From positions 1 to 43,126 of the forward strand of contig CDMY01000610.1 of NCBI GenBank assembly GCA_001179505.1: a DNA stretch of 43,126 nucleotides, read 5' to 3'. The position numbers were made by a program, and so were the translations under genes. Shown piece after piece: positions 37,381 through 43,126 of this stretch. Within the stretch, counting starts at the first letter, position 1. Every line of letters begins with the position of its first letter. Below the pieces are notes generated by a model. That model saw only the letters and a list, made by a program, of their open reading frames with translations, had not been told where the DNA came from and made no database searches. This DNA is from Vitrella brassicaformis CCMP3155 (Eukaryota; Protista; Chromerida).

Positions 37381-38327
37381 CTACGTGTTGGCCTTCAGCG
37401 GACCCTCACTCGCCCAGTGTACCCCGCCGCACCCGGGGTTGGGGCATTTGAGCATGCAATCCCGCGTGCAGTCCTTCAACGCGTGCTTCACCGACGGGTC
37501 GTCGGGCGACAGCCGGTGGCCCCTCACGCAGTTGAGGCAACATCCGTTGGGCACGCGCACGTTGTGCTGTGGGGACCCACTCGCCGCCGCTGCTGCTGCC
37601 GACGAGGTCGCGCCGCCCGTTGCAGGGCTGCGAGGCACCAGGGCCCTGACTCACACGAGACACACGACGCCCTCACACCCAAAAAAACTACGTGTTTTCT
37701 TTGACTCGGTCACTCACTTGGATGGGGCTACTACGACACTCTTGCCCTCGATCCGCTCAACGCGCGCATGCAGATCGGCCACCAATGCCGTGTCGAACAC
37801 GATGGGATACATCGGCCCGCCCTGCAGCTTGGCTGCACGCTGAATGGCCATCTTGATGTGGGCGCCCACACCTGTGCACGGCACAGGCGACGCATGGACG
37901 ACGTGTCACTTGGACGCTTCCCTTTGTCACTACTCCCATTCCTTTGCCCACTTACGTGTCGGCCTCCATAGACGTTGGAGACCTCGACGAGTTTTGTGTA
38001 TAAGGTGGTGAAGCGCGGCGCTTTCTCACGCTCCTCTGGCAGGAGCCCGTTGCGGTACATCTCGCCGAGCTTTGCAGCGTGCGGAGGATGTCGAGTGGGC
38101 CCACTTCCTTCACGTCGGTATACGTGAGCTGCAGGCTTCCTGTCCGTGCCCCGAAGACCGTGTTGTCCTTGTCCCTTCCTTTGCGCACTTCGATGGCGAG
38201 GGCTGCGCACAGGTCGCGCTGCATGGAGCCGTCTAGGTAGTGGGCGAGCATGTCTCCTTCCAGCAGCTGTCCCTGGGACCGCAGCTGCTCCTCCAGCCTT
38301 TTGACCACGTCGGCCAGCCGGCCGAGT
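37381..38327 (-). pseudogene. Partial frameshifted copy of the gag-like gene (3' exons)
   Basis: Paralogous to about 40156-41105. Carries 1-nt deletions (CTGCAAAGCTC versus CTGCAAAAGCTC; GCCCACATCAAG versus GCCGAACATGAAG). Confidence 0.75.
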
Positions 38328-38627
38328 NNNNNNNNNNNNNNNNNNNNNNNNNNNNNNNNNNNNNNNNNNNNNNNNNNNNNNNNNNNNNNNNNNNNNNNNN
38401 NNNNNNNNNNNNNNNNNNNNNNNNNNNNNNNNNNNNNNNNNNNNNNNNNNNNNNNNNNNNNNNNNNNNNNNNNNNNNNNNNNNNNNNNNNNNNNNNNNNN
38501 NNNNNNNNNNNNNNNNNNNNNNNNNNNNNNNNNNNNNNNNNNNNNNNNNNNNNNNNNNNNNNNNNNNNNNNNNNNNNNNNNNNNNNNNNNNNNNNNNNNN
38601 NNNNNNNNNNNNNNNNNNNNNNNNNNN

Positions 38628-39702
38628 CCAAGGCCCTGACTCACACGAGACACACGACGCCCTCACACTAAAAAAAACTACGTGTTTTTCTTGACTCGGT
38701 CACTCACTTGGATGGGGCTACTACGACACTCTTGCCCTCGATCCGCTCAACGCGCGCATGCAGATCGGCCACCAATGCCGTGTCGAACACGATGGGATAC
38801 ATCGGCCCGCCCTGCAGCTTGGCTGCACGCTGAATGGCCATCTTGATGTGGGCGCCCACACCTGTGCACGGCACAGGCGACGCATGGACGACGTGTCACT
38901 TGGACGCTTCCCTTTGTCACTACTCCCATTCCTTTGCCCACTTACGTGTCGGCCTCCATAGACGTTGGAGACCTCGACGAGTTTTGTGTATAAGGTGGTG
39001 AAGCGCGGCGCTTTCTCACGCTCCTCTGGCAGGAGCCCGTTGCGGTACATCTCGCCGAGCTTTGCAGCGTGCGGAGGATGTCGAGTGGGCCCACTTCCTT
39101 CACGTCGGTATACGTGAGCTGCAGGCTTCCTGTCCGTGCCCCGAAGACCGTGTTGTCCTTGTCCCTTCCTTTGCGCACTTCGATGGCGAGGGCTGCGCAC
39201 AGGTCGCGCTGCATGGAGCCGTCTAGGTAGTGGGCGAGCATGTCTCCTTCCAGCAGCTGTCCCTGGGACCGCAGCTGCTCCTCCAGCCTTTTGACCACGT
39301 CGGCCAGCCGGCCGAGTGCTGGGTGCTGGAGAAAGAGAGGGTCTGCTTTGATGCTGTCCACCTCGGACACGTGCTGGACGTTGCGGTCGGATGTGGTGAT
39401 CAGCTGGCAGAAGACGCTCCTGTTATCGACAGCCGGTGCCTGCACACACACACACACACACACGCACGCACACCACCACACACACCAGAGCCCACACAAA
39501 TTGCCCCTCGGCGAGCGCTACTTGGTTGAGCACGTGCTCTCACTGACCGCGGCCTGCTGCATGGCCTGCTGTATACTGGTGGCTAAGGCCTGGCACGCGC
39601 CCATATCAAACTGGCCACTTGGCTGTACGGGGTTGGGCGACGAGTCGCCCAGGTTGCCTCCGGTCAGGCTGGTGAACGGCGTGGGCACTGCCTCACTCGG
39701 GT
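38628..39702 (-). pseudogene. Third partial copy of the gag-like gene, between two N gaps
   Basis: Paralogous to about 40413-41480. Carries the same two deletions as the 37.4-38.3 kb copy and retains all three introns. Confidence 0.7.
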
Positions 39703-40155
39703 NNNNNNNNNNNNNNNNNNNNNNNNNNNNNNNNNNNNNNNNNNNNNNNNNNNNNNNNNNNNNNNNNNNNNNNNNNNNNNNNNNNNNNNNNNNNNNNNNN
39801 NNNNNNNNNNNNNNNNNNNNNNNNNNNNNNNNNNNNNNNNNNNNNNNNNNNNNNNNNNNNNNNNNNNNNNNNNNNNNNNNNNNNNNNNNNNNNNNNNNNN
39901 NNNNNNNNNNNNNNNNNNNNNNNNNNNNNNNNNNNNNNNNNNNNNNNNNNNNNNNNNNNNNNNNNNNNNNNNNNNNNNNNNNNNNNNNNNNNNNNNNNNN
40001 NNCGTGTCACGCACGATGCGACTATGCACTGCATGGAAGTCTTGCACGATTGCGATGACTATTACGCACAGACATTATTCCACTGACTATCGACTAAACA
40101 CAATTCGAGAGTCGGCTTCGCGCCCTCGCTGTGAAACTACATGCCTGCGGGCTTG

Positions 40156-42616
40156 CTACGTGTTGGCCTTCAGCGGACACTCACTCGCCCAGTGTACCCC
40201 GCCGCACCCGGGGTTCGGGCATTTGAGCATGCAATCCCGCGTGCAGTCCTTCAACGCGTGCTTCACCGACGGGTCGTCGGGCGACAGCCGGTGGCCCCTC
40301 ACGCAGTTGAGGCAACATCCGTTGGGCACGCGCACGTTGTGCTGGGGGGACCCACTCGCCGCCGCTGCTGCTGCCGACGAGGTCGCGCCGCCCGTTGCAG
40401 GGCTGCGAGGCACCAAGGCCCTGACTCACACGAGACACACGACGCCCTCACACTAAAAAAAACTACGTGTTTTTCTTGACTCGGTCACTCACTTGGATGG
40501 GGCTACTACGACACTCTTGCCCTCGATCCGCTCAACGCGCGCGTGCAGATCGGCCACCAATGCCGTGTCGAACACGATGGGATACATCGGCCCGCCCTGC
40601 AGCTTGGCTGCACGCTGAATGGCCATCTTCATGTTCGGCGCCCACACCTGTGCACGGCACAGGCGACGCATGGACGACGTGTCACTTGAACGCTTCCCTT
40701 CGTCACTACTCCCATTCCTTTGCCCACTCACATGTCGGCCTCCATAGACGTTGGAGACCTCGACGAGTTTTGTGTATAAGGTGGTGAAGCGCGGCGCTTT
40801 CTCACGCTCCTCTGGCAGGAGCCCGTTGCGGTACATCTCGCCGAGCTTTTGCAGCGTGCGGAGGATGTCGAGTGGGCCCATTTCCTTCACGTCGGTATAC
40901 GTGAGCTGCAGGCTGCCTGTCCGTGCCCCGAAGACCGTGTTGTCCTTGTCCCTTCCTTTGCGCACTTCGATGGCGAGGGCTGCGCACAGGTCGCGCTGCA
41001 TGGAGCCGTCTAGGTAGTGGGCGACCATGTTTCCTTCCAGCAGCTGTCCCTGGGACCGCAGCTGCTCCTCCAGCCTTTTGACCACGTCGGCCAGCCGGCC
41101 AGGTGCTGGGTGCTGGAGAAAGAGAGGGTCTGCTTTGATGCTGTCCACCTCTGACACGTGCTTGACGTTGCGGTCGGATGTGATGATCAGCTGGCAGAAG
41201 ACGCTCCTGTTATCGACGACCGGTGCCTGCACACACGCACACACACACACACACACACCACCACACACACCAGAACCCACACAAATTGCCCCTCGGCGAG
41301 CGCTACTCGCTTGAGCACGTGCTCTCACTGACCGCGGCCTGCTGCATGGCCTGCTGTATACTGGTGGCTAAGGCCTGGCACGCGCCCATATCTAACTGGC
41401 CACTTGGCTGTGGGGGGTCGGGCGGCGAGGCGCCCAGGTTGCCTCCGCTCAGGCTGGCGAATGGCGTGGGCCCTGCTTCACTCGAAGAGGCGCCCATCGA
41501 CTGGTTCTCGAATAGTGGTTGAATATGTGACGCCCCATTGGATGCGATCCCCTGCATGATTCCCAGTGCTGACCTCGGTTGGGTGTTCGCTGGCGGCATC
41601 AGTCCTGCTGGCGGCATCAGTCCTGCTGGCGGAATCAGTCCTGGTGGCGGCATCAGTCCCTGTGGCGGCTGCTGGGTGGATGTGGCGGCGGCCGCAGCTG
41701 CTGGTTGGCTCCAGGGTGTTGGAGGCGCCATGCTCTGGATGACGGCTGGCCCCGTTGTCGCGATACCTGTGGCTGCGGCTGCAGCTGCTGCGGGGCTTGA
41801 TGAGGCGCCGGCGGTTGGTGAGGGGGCCCCTGTTGCCGGGGTGGTGCCTGAGATTGTCGCCGGAGCTGAGCCTATGACCACTCCTCCCGCTGTTCCCCTC
41901 CCTCCCGGCTGGTTGTTGTTGTTGTTATTGTTGTTGTTGGACATCATGTACACCATCACCTCCTGGCCCGTAGTGCTCTCCATCCATTCCAGGGTTTTGA
42001 AGTGGGGCTCCCAGTCGTCGCCCTGGATGGGGGCCGTTGTTTTCGTCGATCCACCTGTCTCTCCAGTCCCACCTCCCTTCGCAAAAGGCGCCAGGCCGGC
42101 TACCAGCTGCTGTGCCGCTTGGTTCGTCAGCCACTGCCCGACCTTTTGCACCATCTCCAACTTCAGCAGTTTCTCTACGGCTTGGATGGCCAAGGCGGCA
42201 TTCATTCTCTCGATTGCTGGGTGGGTGGACGGCATGCGAGGGGTGGGTGGAAAAGGGAAGGGAGGTATGTCACCGCCTCCTTGGGTCCCCGACGACGCCA
42301 TGGGATCTCTCTTCTTTGCCGCTGTCGGGATGGTGCCGTTGGTGCTCCCCACTTTTGGCGGTCTGTTCTGGCTTGGCGAGGAGTGCCTGCGCCCGAACAG
42401 CCCTTGCCAACGCATCATCCCTTGCCAACGCATCATAGCCATGAGCTCTCCGTGATCCACCGTGGAAAACTCAGTCTGGCTGCTGCCGTTGGTCATCCTG
42501 GATGTTGTTGGCCTGCCCCGACGCTGCATGCGCCCGGGGTGTCCTTGCCGGCCTCGTTGTGGCGGTGGCACACCGCCGACGGCCGCAACGAATGCGAGGA
42601 GCCACACGATCCGCAT
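40156..42616 (-). CDS. Gag-like ORF1 of the YR retroelement, 4 exons, 732 aa, with C-terminal CCHC-like zinc knuckles
   Basis: Exons 42616-41333, 41226-40732, 40647-40493 and 40420-40156 total 2199 nt, an open frame ending in TAG. C-terminus: CLNCVRGH...HALKDC and CPNPGCGGVHWASEC. Low-complexity P/A/G/Q/N linker. Confidence 0.75.
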
Positions 42617-42668
42617 GCCGAAGGATGCCGTTACAGGGATGAGGTGTGGCTGTTCGTGCGTTGTCGTC

Positions 42669-42841
42669 GTCGTTTGCGAATACGAGGGACGAGCTCCAAA
42701 TCGCGAGCCCGGAGATCGTTACACGGAAGAAGGCGAGCTAGTGAGCTCGCTGGAGGCAGAGTCGCTATTGCGCCTCTGCCTGATGTGTGTGCTCCGCTGC
42801 ACGTACGTCCGCGACCGGACGTACCATCCTTACGCTCCCAT
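42669..42841 (-). repeat. 5' terminal repeat A1 of the element
   Basis: Direct repeat of 33077-33257 and 34568-34748. Similarity stops abruptly after ctcccat at 42841. Confidence 0.9.
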
Positions 42842-42999
42842 CTGAGGTAAACGGACGGCGCGCGGATCGCTCCGTTTTGTCGTTTGCGAGCTGCTCTCCG
42901 TTCCTGTCGCGACAGCCAGCAAACTCTGCCGCTTTCCTGTCGTCGACAAATAGGAGAACTACTCGACAGTTTTCTGTCTTTCCTCATTCTTTGTCAAAC

Positions 43000-43126
43000 A
43001 TGGCGGACGTTTCGATGACTGATTCGGCTGGTGGCAAGACGGCGGTGCATGTGCCGGATGCACTGACCGAGAACAAGGCCTTCACCTTCTCCACCACCCA
43101 CAACGCGGTCGTGGACTTCTTCTTCG
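43000..43126 (+). CDS. 5' end of a DUF2828-like protein, truncated by the window edge
   Basis: MADVSMTDSAGGKTAVHVPDALTENKAFTFSTTHNAVVDFFF resembles the TEN-x-A-x-T-x-S-(S/T)-x4-(L/V)DFFF N-terminal motif I recall for DUF2828 proteins. Confidence 0.6.
   Translation, partial: MADVSMTDSAGGKTAVHVPDALTENKAFTFSTTHNAVVDFFF

Larger units (their letters stand above)
32975..42841 (-). mobile_element. Tyrosine-recombinase retrotransposon (DIRS order, PAT/Ngaro-type split direct repeats), defective in RT; internal parts duplicated around assembly gaps
   Basis: On the minus strand the order is A1 (42669-42841), gag-like ORF, RT remnant, YR remnant, B1, A2, B2. Both ends are flanked by atctga. Confidence 0.85.

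Noticed and set aside
41585-41660. 18-bp tandem repeat (PPAGLM x4) and nearby poly-Asn/Ala runs as separate elements
   Set aside because: Ordinary low-complexity coding repeats within the gag linker.
41538-42455. 305-aa plus-strand ORF antisense to gag
   Set aside because: It mirrors GC-rich low-complexity codons of the minus-strand ORF, starts at no convincing context and has no domain.
32975-42841. LTR retrotransposon or Crypton
   Set aside because: No TG...CA LTR pair and no DDE integrase. The RT remnant and split repeats argue against a Crypton, despite the introns.

Overview
Eukaryotic, GC-rich, intron-dense DNA. The introns are short and full of (CA/TG)n, (GACA)n and (GATG)n microsatellites, a style I associate with a chromerid alveolate such as Vitrella (inference, not verified). 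Bases 1-32.9 kb hold a compact cluster of spliced genes, several arranged head to head: an internally duplicated secreted ARM/HEAT-like protein, TrmO, a GDP-fucose-type transporter, a decayed kinase-containing locus, RFC3, a YqeH/NOA1-type GTPase, a signal peptide-TM-coiled coil-RING protein, and the spliceosomal helicase Aquarius. From about 32,975 to 42,841 on the minus strand lies a tyrosine-recombinase (DIRS-order, PAT/Ngaro-type) retroelement. It has the diagnostic split direct repeats A1...B1-A2-B2, a 6-bp direct repeat (atctga) at both ends, a gag-like ORF with zinc knuckles, a broken reverse transcriptase and a frameshifted tyrosine recombinase. The most unusual observation is that the gag-like ORF is interrupted by three host-style spliceosomal introns. 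Removing them gives a clean 732-aa frame, and their splice sites are conserved between diverged copies. Four 300-N gaps are present, and the three inside the element are flanked by duplicated sequence, so its internal copy number is uncertain. The window ends in the 5' end of a DUF2828-like gene. All coordinates and splice models were read by eye.
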